Assembly (NCBI GenBank): GCA_040285855.1
Contig: JAUFOQ010000006.1
Span: 1,488,001 to 1,552,000 of the forward strand
Length of the DNA: 64,000 bases
Source of the DNA: Eukaryota sp. GEM-RC1
Taxonomy: Eukaryota
Reading direction: 5' to 3'
Shown here: piece after piece, positions 10,127 through 23,028 of the stretch
Layout of the letters: each line of letters opens with the position of its first letter
How positions within the stretch are numbered: the stretch's first letter is position 1
The notes under the pieces: generated by a model
The model's input: only the letters and a program-made list of their open reading frames with translations
Told to the model about the DNA's origin: nothing
Database searches by the model: none
Made by a program: the position numbers and the translations under genes

Positions 10127-10935
10127 ATACCACTTCTAATTCAGTTTTAGAATTGTTCGATAATGAAGTTGTTGTCTCTGGAAGTGATAGTGGAGATGAT
10201 GAAACTGATGATGATGACGATGCGTCGTCTAGTATGAATGATTTTGTTGTGAATGATGATGAAGATGAGTGTCTCAATGGTCAAAGTGTAAGTGCCATCA
10301 ATTCTGATTTAATTTTTAACAAGCCTGTGCCAAAACTGAAAAAAACAACCAAAGTTACTACTTTGCCTAAATTGAGACCAAATCTATTGTCTCGAAATAC
10401 TCTCAAACCAAATTCGAATTTACCTAGTTTGAAATTATCAAAAAAAGTTACAGATCATGAGGTCACTGAATCTATCAACAGAATAACAAATTCTCTTGGT
10501 ATTCAGACAGACCTTGAAAACAACTTGAGCAATACTCATAGTATTGCACTGCAGACAGAAACAAAGGTTCTCTCAATTGTCCACAATATTGTACCACTGC
10601 ACTGGAACCAAAATGATACAACATCAGATTGTCTTCCAAATATGAAATTGAAACTTCAGTTGTTAAAAGATGTAAATTTATTGATTGCGAAAATTTTGAG
10701 TTTTCATTTGAATGATAGGGACAAGTACTTTAATGTGTTGTCGTTGACCAATACTTTTGTTGTGTCGATATTAGATTTTAATGATGAAGTGATGTGTGAT
10801 GAACAGTGTTTAGGAATATTAGAGGAATTTCGTGAAGTGATGTGTGAGTATTGTTGTGGGATTGGATATAAGGAGTCGTTCTCGTTGGCTGTGATGTTTG
10901 CGAGGGTGATGGGGAGATATAGTAGTGTTAGTTAA
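10123..10935 (+). CDS. Hypothetical protein with acidic N-terminal tract
   Basis: 270-aa ORF abutting the helicase stop; acidic DDETDDDDD..SMNDFVVNDDEDE followed by a basic segment. Start codon uncertain. Confidence 0.55.
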   Translation: MNTTSNSVLELFDNEVVVSGSDSGDDETDDDDDASSSMNDFVVNDDEDECLNGQSVSAINSDLIFNKPVPKLKKTTKVTTLPKLRPNLLSRNTLKPNSNLPSLKLSKKVTDHEVTESINRITNSLGIQTDLENNLSNTHSIALQTETKVLSIVHNIVPLHWNQNDTTSDCLPNMKLKLQLLKDVNLLIAKILSFHLNDRDKYFNVLSLTNTFVVSILDFNDEVMCDEQCLGILEEFREVMCEYCCGIGYKESFSLAVMFARVMGRYSSVS

Positions 10936-11024
10936 GTATGATAAACTGTGATTGTATATTTTATTGGTTGTGTTTAAAAACAATATCAATGTCAACAATT
11001 CATTACACATACGAACGACACTTT

Positions 11025-11160
11025 CATTACAAGTGTTGTATCACCAAATGTTGTATCACCAAATGTTGTATCACCAAATGTTGTATCACCAAATGTTGTC
11101 ATTACAAATGTTGTATCACCAAATGTTGTCATTACAAATGTTGTATCACCAAATGTTGTA
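11025..11160. repeat. 15-bp tandem array with two unit variants
   Basis: TGTTGTATCACCAAA x6 and TGTTGTCATTACAAA x2 from 11034, with partial units at both ends. Confidence 0.95.
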
Positions 11161-11972
11161 CATGTAGTTATAACTTTGTGTCTTTGTGTCTTCTGTGGAA
11201 GCTTCATGGACTTGATGTCGTTGACCTTAGTCTCATTCCAGATAGCATCCTGACGAAAAAAAAAATCAATTCTTATTGATTTTTTCTTGTTATTTCTAAA
11301 AAATCTTTATTTAGGAAGTTGTTGAAATTCTTCGCCATCTAGAAGAAGGTCCCAGTTTGTTAAAGTAAAGGGCATGTATTGAGGTGCAATTATTTGTGTG
11401 CAGTCAATTCAGAATTTGATCTGACTCCTATAAATACAACTGCAATTGGTCAGTTTGGTACATTGTACTGTCTACAAACACATCATTAGCTTCAATTTAG
11501 CTATACAAAAATGCAGTCCAAAATGACTGAAGACACAGCAGTGTATTACACGATCATAGTTGTAGCAAACCAGCAGAGTTGTAGCAAACCTTAGTGTTTT
11601 GTTTTGGAGGATAAGATGTCAATGTGATGTATGTGTTGTAGGATGGTTGTACAACGTTGAGTTTATTCATGACATGGATGAACACGGTTCACAAGTCTAA
11701 GAACGAATACCTGCAAACACGTCTCTATCTTGAAAGAAGCTCAACACTTGATATCAAAAGATGTATGGAATCCATCAAAGAAGGTATAAGTGAATCAGTT
11801 TGGGGATATGTGGTTATGGGGTGAAGAGTTTTTGGGGTAAAATGATTTTGGGGAGTATGCACCCCAAATGAATTCAGCAGTAGTGTTGAGAAGGAATTTT
11901 CTGTGTATAGTGTTTCATTGCTTTTATTTTGATATTTGTTTTTGTTCCCTTCCTCTAGAAACCATTCTTTAA

Positions 11973-12997
11973 TTAGGGGCTTATTAAATTAGTATTTTCC
12001 TTCCATCTAATTGGCCTATAGAATTGATCTAGTTCTATTGACTCCTGCAGAGACCTCGGCAGGAGATTCTTGCATTTTCCAGCTAGAATTGGTGCAAAGA
12101 ATGGATGTAGAAGAGCGGAAGAATACTCTATTCTTTCACTGGGATTAAAGTGTAACAGTTGGATTATAAGATCTCTTGGAGTAGATGGGATATTACAGAG
12201 AAGTTCCTTTAATAGTTTCCCCTGAATGTTATATTTCAAAGGGAGCCTTACGTGGGGAAGGGAAGCGTTGAAGCTCTTGGATGGATGGTTGGTAAGCTGC
12301 CAGTATTAGTCTTGTGTGTTCTTCAGTAGTTTTTGATTTAAATAGTGGGTGTTTCAGAAAGAGTTCCGCAATAATGCAACCGATTGAAAACCTATCAACA
12401 GCGGAATCGTATGTTGTTGATCCAAATACCAGTTCTGGAGCCCTGTAATTCCGAGTACACATGTAGCACACGCTTTTCTGTCCATGTGACAGCTCTTTTG
12501 CGCTTCCGAAATCTGCCACTTTGATTTCTCTTGTTTGAGGATTGAAAAGTATGTTGGATGGTTTCAAGTCACGGTGTACAATCTGTAAAGACTGTAGATG
12601 ACCCCCTGCCATGAGAAGCTGATATCCTGTAGCTGCGATAAGAAGATTGATCATTTTCGCTCATACACATGATATACTCATAAGTCATCATATGACTCTT
12701 GTACAACAGTTCGTCCAGATTTGATGGGATATAGTCCATGACCAAGTTTTGGAAGATTCTTCTCACTTGTTCAGAGTCCTCCTTCCCGTCATCGTTAGAT
12801 GAATAGAAGAAGTCGCGGATGTGAATGATGAAGGGATGTCTAACACTGCGTAACACTGACACTTCACGTGAAATCTGGTCACCATTCTTAGGCGTTCGTT
12901 TAATGGCAACTAAGGCGTTTTGTTGGTCGCTGCCTTGATAGACGACGCCAAAAGACCCTTCTCCAATTATTCCGAAAATGCGGTAGTGGGGGAACAT
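11973..12997 (-). CDS. GSK3/shaggy-like CMGC protein kinase (two frameshifts)
   Basis: GEGSFGVVY, VAIK, HRDLKPSNIL, DFGSAK and YMCTRNYRAPELVFG spread over ORFs 12569..12997, 12229..12654 and 11973..12239. Confidence 0.85.
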
Positions 12998-13330
12998 TTT
13001 TGTGCCGGCAAAACTTCATTCCAACCAAGACCCTATCAAACAGCAAATGGTGTCATATGGTGTTTTGTAAGTCCTGTTACTACCCTCATCGTTACATTCA
13101 ATTTCTAGATATTGTTGTTATCAGTTGGTATCTTGTAAATGATAGTGCTCTTATGGATTCACAGTCTGAAATAGAATCAAATCTACCTTTGTGTCAAACA
13201 CCTTCAAAATGGATTTGTAAATGATGGCTGATTTTCAGGGAAAAAATACCAAATTTTACAGTTCAAAAACAGTCCAGAGAAAACATAAAATCAGAATATT
13301 AAATACTATATACACACTATAAATATATAT

Positions 13331-16300
13331 TTACAACCCAACTGCATCTAAATAGCGTGCAATCAGTTCAACACCCTCAACAACATCCTTATTTAACATT
13401 GACAAAACTAAAAAGATAGTCTCTTCACCATCTGTTAACTTTGAAACCATTCTTCTGAATACAAATAGATATTCGCCGACTAATAACAAGACTAACATTG
13501 TAAAAATGAAAAGAATGATATTTGAGTTAGAACTGTTGACAGACAACGCAGTATCTCTAAAAACCTCAAGAGACTCATACAGCAAAGTCATCAACACGTC
13601 ACCTTCCCTTAAGAATTGGAGGAAATCAGGATCATTAGGGAGAACTGCCGTCTGCTTAGTAGCAAGTCTAGAAGCAGTATCAACAAAACCAGCTAAGTTG
13701 ACATGTAATCCAGACTCAAATAAGGTGGTGTTAGAAGTGAAACCAGTAGAAAATAAAAGAGAATCTTGATCTTGATGTGTTCCAATACTTCCTCTGGTGT
13801 TGGAATCTCCAAACAAAAGTCTATAATGAACTTGCAACAATTGTTCAGCATCTCGGAGAACAATTAAAGATTGACTTGCTGGATCTTCAGAATCTACTAA
13901 TAAAGTAGTAGAGCTGGACAGTCCCTTTGCAAGTAAAAGTCTAGATGAAGCTAAATGAATATTATGTAGTCTTGGAATAGACTGAAGTGTGGTAGTTGAA
14001 GCAAACACATAGAAACTTAAAACTCCAGCAGCTAATATTAATAAAGAAATAGTATAATTACGAGTAATGCTGATTGCATTTTCAAACTTAATTACCTGTC
14101 GAACATGAGAAGCTTGTTTTCTCTTGGAGTAAAAGGTTTCATAAAGCTGGTAAATGGAAAACATGATTACCAAAGCTGTGACTACCACAACTGAAAGACA
14201 AAGGAAAAAAAGGAACTGAAAAGACGATCTCAAATCAGAATATACAATTGAACTTTCTGAAGAAAAGAAATTAAATAATTCACTGAATAATTCATCTCGA
14301 ATCACTTCTAACTCAAGATAAACAGGAGAAGTCAATATAGATCTAGCAAGAAGCCGTTGTTCATAAAAATTTAAATTAAGATCACTGACGTCATCAGAGT
14401 AGAAGGTACTCCAATCAAAATATCCAAAATTAGTAATCAACTCGTGATAATTGTCCTGTTGAGAAAGGTTCCACGTTCTGTCCATTGGAACAAGAACTTC
14501 AGGTATTTCGTAACCTCGTGCTGCAATAGTCATTGCAATTAATTCTACTTCTCGCAAAGCTAGAATGGACTTTGTAAGATTAGGTAATCGTGCAGAGATT
14601 TGAGTAGCAAATGGAGAAACTAAGGGATGGTCTAGATTAATTATAGAATCAACAGAATCTGCAACTCGAAAAACAAAACCAGTTAGACCAATGTGGTGGT
14701 TGTAATAGTTTAAATCTCCATTTTGAACAAAAGATAATGAAAATGCTTTGAACTGCTCTTGAGATTCATTCAAATCTGATAAATATCGAGTGAGCTCTAC
14801 CAATTGTTCCCGACCCTGATTGTAGGAATTGTTCTCAAGATCCACACGGAAAGCAGACAGAAAAACTACAGCGGAAAGGATAATTACAACGCCCATCAAA
14901 ACTAAAAATATGATGAAGTTTTTGAACAAACACGAGGCTTGCGAAGTAAAAAGGATAATCCAATAATGACGAGAACAAAAAAAGCAACGACAATAGGTAT
15001 GAATATTAAAATATTTGAGAACAAATCTCCTTCTTCAAAAATTTCTCGAGATCTTCTATCAAAATTATCTAAAATATTGGTAGAAAATTGCCTTAAAGAG
15101 TCCAATCGTTGACTGTTAATGACATAGAATCTTCTGTTAGAGACAATATGTCTTGCAAGTAATACGAGTTCTTCACGAGGTTTTTGAGAATCCTTTTCAA
15201 GAGAAGAATACCAAATACCTAACTCGCTGTAATTGACATCGTCAACAACAAAAGAAGTTTCTTGAGTAATGTCATAAGTAAATCCAGCAACTTCAGGAAC
15301 GTCATAGTCAGAAAGATTATAAGCCAACTGGGTGAGTTTTAGAGCTATTAATTCAATATATCGAACTCGAGCATTGACTCTAGTATTCTCGCCTAAAAGA
15401 CGGACAGATTCAGTAGGCATTTCAAGTCTACGCAAAGCTGAAATAGCATCATCTCTAGCTGTAGATTGTCTTGCAGAGATGTATTCGTGGTAAAACTTGA
15501 GGTTTCCTGTAGAAGCAAAAGAGAGGAGAACTGAAGAAGATCTGGTAACGTGATCGAAAAGAGTATTAGAATTGTCAATAATCTCGATAACTTCGTTACT
15601 ACGATCATTCATTTGAGAAACGTCATCGTTGATTGAATTCAATAGAAACAATCCCCCGCCTAGTACAAGAACAGAAACAATTAATAAACCAAGAACCAAA
15701 AAGAACAAACGAGAAGATGCACTAATTGAAGCTGTAGGTCCTGAATTCTGGGTGTCATGTTCAGGATTTTGGACTTCCGAAAGATTAACAACGTCATCAG
15801 TTTCGGCAGGACTATCGTCATCAGATTCCTTTTCTAACGTCTCTTCCACGTTAAAGGTCTGTGGTTGTTTCATTACCACAGTATCTATAAACTTAGAGTC
15901 ATTGAGCATATCCTGAATGCTTTTCTTTGGAACAAATAGAAAAAGATTAAATATTTCCAACTGACGAAGAGCAATTTCTTTGACAGTTTTTCCAAACAAA
16001 AACTTTGCCATTAAGAATATAAGCGCCATGTTAAGTACAACAGCTAGGACATCAATAATAACACTAGAATAAACTGCATCTTCAGATTCATTCTTAACAG
16101 CATCTAATAAACGAATACTTCCATCAGTAATTACACCTCTATTAGATATAAGAAATGAGAGAATTGATGGTCCTCTGGAAATACCAGAAGCATTACGAGC
16201 ATATTCAAAGGCTTTTCTACAATAGTCCATTCCAAGCTGAGTAAGTGAAACTAGAACAATTTGAGGAACTGGAGGAAAAACATCTGATTCTTGTCTTGTT

Positions 16301-18764
16301 GGAATAACAGGATCTCGTACTAAACGAAGAGTTTGGTCAGTTGAAAGAGCGGAAATAGCAACAGGAACGCCACCTACGCAAGTAAAATCTCCGACATTTG
16401 GAGAAACTCGAGCTCCAACTAAAAGACGACGTAAATGAAAAAGTGCATGTTCAGATTCAGAAATCACTCGATGTCTGAAGACTTCTGAAGAATGATGGAG
16501 CTGATTACCATCGAGAGAACTAGCAAGAAAGAGAGATGAAACAGCAAGATCTTCAGTAGATGAAGCAAAATGTCCAGATTCAAACATTATTGAATATTGA
16601 TTTCGAAGATCTTCAGAACCGCCTCTAATTGAAACATAAGAAACAATGCATAGAACTAATAACACTGCCAGGGAAACATGTACGGAAATTTTTAATTTTT
16701 GAGCAACTGATTGATTGCTATCAGAACCATTCTTACTACTGGTTAAACCCAAGAGAAAGCTCTTCGTTTTTCTCTTTCTGCGACGTCTACTCTTCTGGAT
16801 AGACGACTTCCCTGTAACATGACTTCCTCTAGAGGAAGCTGCATCACCAGTACTACTTCTACCATCACTAGAAGCACCCATTTCAAGTTGATTTTGTAAC
16901 TGTAAAGAAAGTTCTTCGTCAAGACAAACTTCTTTCGCAAAGTTAGAGTATGCCATTAAAGCTTCCTTATCTCCAGGGTGATCATTCACGAGTTTGTTAA
17001 AACAAGATTCAGCTTCGCTTTTAGTAGCATAGATTTTCTCAGTGATTTGAGGTAAAAGAGCAAGATTCGGACTCTTTGCCAGTAGAATTGACCAAAAAGC
17101 AGCTAAATAATCAAGACAATCACGATGAAGGTCAACTGCAGTCTTTAATCGCCGCTGCAGAATCAAAAATGATGACGAGTCCAATGATTGTCCAGTTGGT
17201 TGCTCTCTTCTTAAATTTTCAGCTAATTGCTTGTAGAAAGAAATGAAATATGTAAAATCAAATCGCATTTCCAATTCCATGTTGATAACAGAAGCACAAG
17301 ATGACAATGCTGAAATAGGATCTTTTACAATTCCAATATCAAAAGCACATTTTAATAAATGAGAAGCAGGATGAGTTGGCCAAGTAGAGACACAAAATTC
17401 CATAATTTCACGACCAATTGGTTGCGTGATTTCATTATTATAAAAGATCAAAAATCTTGAGAAGAGCTCACCCTTGATTGGACTGGTGATGTGTTTAACG
17501 AGTAACTCAGATAGAACTGCGTCTGGTCTCTGGTCATCTCCAGAAGAAACGTCATCAAATTCAAATTCATCAACAGAGAAGCTGGGTTCTAGAGTTTCAA
17601 TTCTTGAAGGTTTAGAATTAGTATTTCCTACTGAGAAAGTAAACCAGAGAAACTGTGTAGTATAAACAAATGGTTGATCAGGGGAGATATTCCGAAGTCT
17701 AAGAGCTTGTGTGAACAGGAAAGCAATACAGGAATATCTAAATTTGACGTAATACTTGACAAATACTCCAACAGCAATCGGTATGGAATATAGAATCAAG
17801 GTAATAACCCATGAGACATACTGCAAATTAACAAGGGAAATGAAAAGCCAAATAACAGAAACTGTAGCAGTAAAAGCAGAAATAAAGGCCACAAACTCAT
17901 TAGTTTTACGCTTATAAAAAGGAATCCACTTGACAACGTAATAACAAAGAAAAATACAACAAAGAGGATAAGTTAGAGTAAAAACCAAAGGTAAATGATC
18001 GAAAACAGTTAAAAGAAAAGCTAACAGTACTTTGACTATCAGCATAACAACCTTAAAGTCTCTATTCAAGCAACAGAAAACACGCTTAGAATTAGGAGAC
18101 ACATCAACTAAGACAAGTTCACGTAAAAGAACGAAACTTGACAGAGCCAACCATGAGAGAAACATAACTGTCTTGATAAACACTGACTGCGCGGACCAAC
18201 AAGAAGAAACAGTGATTGAAAAGTAAGGAGAATCGTCGGAACAGTTGAACCAAGAGAAAGCTGTAATGGTAAGGGGAAGAAACAAGACCGCGGACACGAA
18301 CTGAAGGAGAACCATGAAACAATACAGGAGAAGTTTAGACTGACGGTTTTCCGTGGCAAGATACCCGCCAAGACACATGGAAGCACCAAGAAGAATCGGA
18401 ATACCAACAATAATGATGGAGAGGACAGAGTGAGAAAAGACGGAGAAGTAAGCATCGTCGTAACCAGGGAAGGCAATGAAGTGGAGGAAGTGACGTGTAT
18501 CAAGAGCTTCGTGAATGTAAGGGAAATGGCGGTTGATAACAAGAGCTATTAATTCTGTGATGAGATCGTGCTTGCAACAAACGCATGAACTCGAGAACCA
18601 AGAGTAGTGCGACGAGGAAGTTGTGACGGGGTAGCTTTTGGAGATCTTGAAAGAAGGTGAAGATGGCTTTTTGTATCTAAGATAAGTAGTGAGAAAATGA
18701 GAACACACTTGTTTCCAGTGAGGACAAACCCAAGAGACTGGGCGGAGTGGTTCTGAGACGACAT
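13331..18764 (-). CDS. Large multi-pass membrane protein, TmcB/C (tiny macrocyst)-like; copy 1, two 1-bp frameshifts
   Basis: N-terminal cluster of TM helices, TPR-like segment LVNDHPGDKEALMAYSNFAKEV, Ser-rich linker and repeated TM/helical-loop/TM units. Joins ORFs 18549..18764, 14902..18708 and 13331..14929. Family call is from architecture only. Confidence 0.7.
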
Positions 18765-19577
18765 TAGAAGCTAGTCTTTATACACCAAAACATTCGATCG
18801 ATCATAAAAATTCCAAAGTGCAATTGCGTGATGTCAATATCTCGGAAAGCTGAAACGTACATCACTGGAAAAGTGACAAGTAAACAAGATTAAGACCATA
18901 AAAAGGACATCAATATATAAGTATATGCCGATCGTCTGTGACATATGTGTCTTATCAATAATGTTAAGAGCATATCATTAAGGGAAATGATATGAAATAT
19001 GAGCGTAAGAATGCCAGGAAAAGCTGTATGCGAGAGATTTCAGGTAAGTTATGAAAGAATCAATGTTGTGTAAGCAACTGCACCATCCAGCCAGAGTAAA
19101 TGAAAAGATTTAACAAAACTCACAGTGAAACACAAGTTGAAAGGTGCAGTTTTGTCAGTTGCAACAAGTATTGAGGCCTACAAGTTGAGTTGTGTCTTGT
19201 ACGATAAGATACATTGAGTAAGGACAGATGACTGTGAACAATGAAGAGGATCCTAATTTAGGTTCCCGTTTTTATTGAACATCACGTTCCAAACAATAGA
19301 TATGATGTTTGGTTTCTTGGTTATTGGTGGTGTCTATTCACTAATCTAGTTTGTTCTCGTCTTCCGATCAGTCTATAAATCATCAACATCACAGTACATG
19401 TATCATGTTAAATTCACTCAGAAGACTTTTCTCGGAAACTGGAGAAGTTCATGGAGCATGGTGTTAGACTGACATGAACTTTCAAGCCCTGTTGAGTTTA
19501 GTGTCATGAAATACTTGTTTTTATCCATTACATGTACCAGGGGTGTGAAAAAATATAGGATAAATGTCAAATACATA

Positions 19578-20203
19578 CTTGTAAAATACACGAGTTTTCA
19601 TTTGAAAAATACAAAAATACATAAAATACACTAAAATACAAAGTAAAATACAAACATCCACGTCAGACAATCTTTATCTCCACGACTCAACGTTAACGGT
19701 ACAGTAGTAGATTGTTGACAACGTTTGCGTTTTCCTGCAGTTGGTATCCAACATTAGTACATCGTCATGGATCTCCACTAACTCACCAATTCCATCGTCT
19801 TCAACTTGTACAACTTCCTGATTCTCTTGTTCAACATCAGGAAATTCATAAAATAGGTATAGGGTGGACTGATGGTATAGATTGGGGAAGAGAAGTCATG
19901 AAGGAGGGTCTGGTTGAAATTATATGTTGAACTTTTTTGTTTCATTAGTTCGTCATCTATTCTGGATTTGACTCTGTGAAATGCAATCAGTTCATAAACA
20001 AACGATCTCCCAAACCAAAAAAGTACGACTATCTCTATCTAATCGACTCATTTTACATCAAATCTGTGCTAAAAAAGCACTTGGAATGTGTGTTTGAAAA
20101 ATACTCTAAAATACAGTTTGTATTTTAAAACTCACTTTTGAAAAATACATAAAATACATGAAATACAAAAATACATAAAATACAAAAATCTGTATTTTAC
20201 AAA
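19578..20203. mobile_element. MITE-like element, copy 1
   Basis: Left end CTTGTAAAATACA, right end TGTATTTTACAA(A), TA on both flanks, subterminal AAATAC repeats; near-identical to 31940-32580. Confidence 0.85.
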
Positions 20204-20559
20204 TATGGTCAAATATACTCATTTCCCAAATCAATAATTCACACATACTCAAAATGAAATCAAAAATTCACGACGGTTTTACACTATAATGACTCTCATA
20301 CAAGGAGCTACCTTTGAATCCAAAGATCTCTGAAAACAAGCTGTACATGAGAACTTTACTGAAGTAAGGACGAAGTTGACATCGGAGGTTAACAACACTG
20401 AAGTGCTACAGTGAACAGTGCCAAGAAGACTTGTGTACATGGAAACTGTCCACTTCTACTCCATCTGCATTAAAGCTGTGCTGGGTTAATAAATCTATAA
20501 AATAGAAGGACGATCAATTTATTGGAAACAATTCATTGAAAAGATATGGCCAAAATGAA

Positions 20560-20811
20560 GGAAAGATTCAACAAAGTTAAGAAAATGACCCACTGTGGAT
20601 AACAACGTGCCAGAAGATGAAAGAGCACTACTACAAGGGCAGCAGCTTTTCAGGTTGTTCCGTCGTTAACTTGTCCAACAGCAGTTGTTCCTGTAAAGAG
20701 TGCCAGGAGAACAAAGTTCCGTGTATTCACTCCGTTGCAGTTGCTGCTGCTCTGAAAGTACCACTAGAAGTGTTTATTGGTGCAGTACATCGAAACACTC
20801 TATTGAAGTGA
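20560..20811 (+). mobile_element. MULE-type SWIM zinc-finger remnant
   Basis: VVNLSNSSCSCKECQENKVPCIHSVAV fits the SWIM CxCx(n)CxH pattern. Confidence 0.7.
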
Positions 20812-21004
20812 TATGTCTGAAATTGTAGCGAGTTCGAGCAACAAGTAGAACCTACAATGGAAAAGCAGAAGAAGGATCACGAGTAACTGACAGTTAGAGG
20901 TCAAGAAGAAAAGGATCGATGATGATATGTATGTAGTGTCTGTAAGAATAGTGTCTGTAAGAAGAAGGGACATACTATGAAGTCATGCCAGAACAAGTAA
21001 TACA

Positions 21005-21465
21005 CAGTGTTTGAAAACCACCCGGGTGCCACCCAGTGCCACCCACCACCCGGGTGGTGTCTGGGTGGTACTGGGTGGATAATTTTGGTCTTACCATCAT
21101 CTTCAGTCCATGACTTCCTGAATACATACTTCGTTGTTCAACGTGTCCTGAATACAATTATTATAACGGGAGTTATTTCTAGGCTCGGAGAGGCTAATTT
21201 CATCTTATTTATTTATTTTTCAGAGGGTTTTTCTAATCCCAAACCTAAACAAAGTACTTCATTGTTAGTTATTTTATATCACACACTGCTAAAGTACTTT
21301 CAGTTTCATCGTATATGGTGTATAAAGTAGTTTTTGAACCAAAACTTATGTCTCGTACTTTATTGCCATCCGGTGACCACCCGGGTGGAAATGAAAACCA
21401 CCCGGACGTCACCCGGTTCCACCCACCACCCGGGTGGCGTCCGGGTGGAAAATTTTCAAACACTG
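21005..21465. mobile_element. hAT-type MITE
   Basis: TIR CAGTGTTTGAAAA and its reverse complement; 8-bp TSD GTAATACA at 20997-21004 and 21466-21473; subterminal CACCCGGGTG palindromes. Confidence 0.93.
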
Positions 21466-21553
21466 GTAATACATGATGATACAACAGTGGTTATAAGAAA
21501 TACAGTGAGATTGAAGAAGCAGAGTTTTATGTGGATATTGACTGAGTACAGAT

Positions 21554-22240
21554 CAGGCTTCACTAAAGTGAGAAAGTACTTTAGTCACTTTACTTTACTT
21601 TCTCACTTTACTTTACTTTACTTGAAACGTCCAAAATAAGTAAAGTGACAAAACTTCAATGTTAGTTCGGTGATCACAGATGTCTAATAAAGCGATCATT
21701 ACCCAATCTTTATTGTAGAAACTAACCAAAAACTACAAAATATTAAACACCAAGCAAGTGAGTGCTTGTCTTTTAATATTAACATGGAATGACTCTTTGT
21801 GGATTTGGCATAGCTTATTTATGTAGGAAGTTAAGGCAGCTACTTTGGCCAAATTTTCAGGGATGTTAATGGCAGAGCAAAGCTTAACGGATCTTTTTGG
21901 TACATGATTTGGAACATAGTCCCCTCCATAGCCCATTTGTTGACCGAGTGAGTTGTCCCACAGAGCTTGCAGTAAAACCGAGCACAAGTTCTTGACAGTA
22001 CTTCAACAATTTGACAGACTGGCCTCCATCCTTCGGAAGAAAATGAAGTCATGGATATATGGGAAGAGGAAACTAAACACGAATATTTATTACAAAAACT
22101 GTTGAAAAGACGATTAAGATCGGGGCGTACTTTAATGGCCTTAAAGTAAATTTAAAGTGAAAGTAAAGTAGCGCTTAAAGTAAAGTAAACTACTTTACTT
22201 TACTTTAATTTTGAATTTCGAACTACTTTAGTGAAGCCTG
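21554..22240 (-). mobile_element. Non-autonomous hAT element with possible BED-finger remnant
   Basis: TIR CAGGCTTCACTAAAGT and its reverse complement; 8-bp TSD GTACAGAT at 21546-21553 and 22241-22248; AAAGT subterminal repeats; internal RFYCKLCG fragment. Confidence 0.93.
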
Positions 22241-22419
22241 GTACAGATTGGGTATGGTTTGAATTTTTGATTTCAATTTGAGTAGGTGTGAAATATTGAT
22301 TTGTGAAATGAGTATACATGTGTAAATGAATTTTACCCAAAAATATATCGTATATACTTCCAAAGCTGAAAAAATGTTTATGTACACTGTAGTGTTGTTG
22401 TCAATAAAAATTAAAAACG

Positions 22420-22745
22420 TAAAAAAAGCTGAAAAAAGAAAGATTAGTACATATTCTGACACAATGATCAACATGAATTCCAATTTGTATTCTTCTATTA
22501 AGTTCATTCCTTTTGATATTTCAATTCTTGGTAATATTGGAATTGCTGCTGAAAATTTCTTTGATGCCTTTTCAATGTTGTGCCATGACCATAGGAAAAA
22601 TTTTAATCAGTCTCTTTGGCGCAATCGCATTGTTTTTTCCATATATAGAAGTTTCCCAAAGTATTTGAATCGTATTCTGGACAAATTGTATCGTGGTGGT
22701 TCAAGAGTAGATGTGGATCATTTAACATCTTTTAAGTACTAGTTG
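22420..22745 (+). mobile_element. 3' fragment of CRE-like non-LTR retrotransposon (subfamily A)
   Basis: KAEKRK..TY...FIPFDISILGNIG..A..F; near-identical to 33370-33686. Confidence 0.75.
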
Positions 22746-22962
22746 TTTGTATTTCGTTAATTTATAACATAAAACCTTTTGTATCTTATATAATGTACAT
22801 GTATATAAATATTTTTGTATTTTTCAATAGTTTATTTACAACAATAGATTAGTACTGTACATACTACACGTCTCGTGTGTGAATGATGCACATCATAGTT
22901 AGCTATTGTCTTTATGGAAAAATAAACTGTCGTCGTAATCTGTTCCTGGAACACGGACCATT

Positions 22963-23028
22963 CCCTCGATATAGTGCCACTCTCGATTTAGACCCCAATA
23001 GGACGGCACTATATCGAGGGTATACTGT
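22963..23028. mobile_element. 16-bp inverted repeat, likely the end of a Tc1/pogo-type element
   Basis: CCCTCGATATAGTGCC (22963) and GGCACTATATCGAGGG (23005-23020) followed by TATACTG-TA. Confidence 0.5.

Noticed and set aside
10938..11279. CCITK, MLYHQ and TTFGD repeat ORFs, or a CRISPR array
   Set aside because: These are translations of a 15-bp minisatellite. There are no unique spacers and no cas genes.
19712..19930. 72-aa ORF duplicated at 32090..32308 as a gene
   Set aside because: It lies inside the MITE, has a non-ATG start and shows no recognisable domain.
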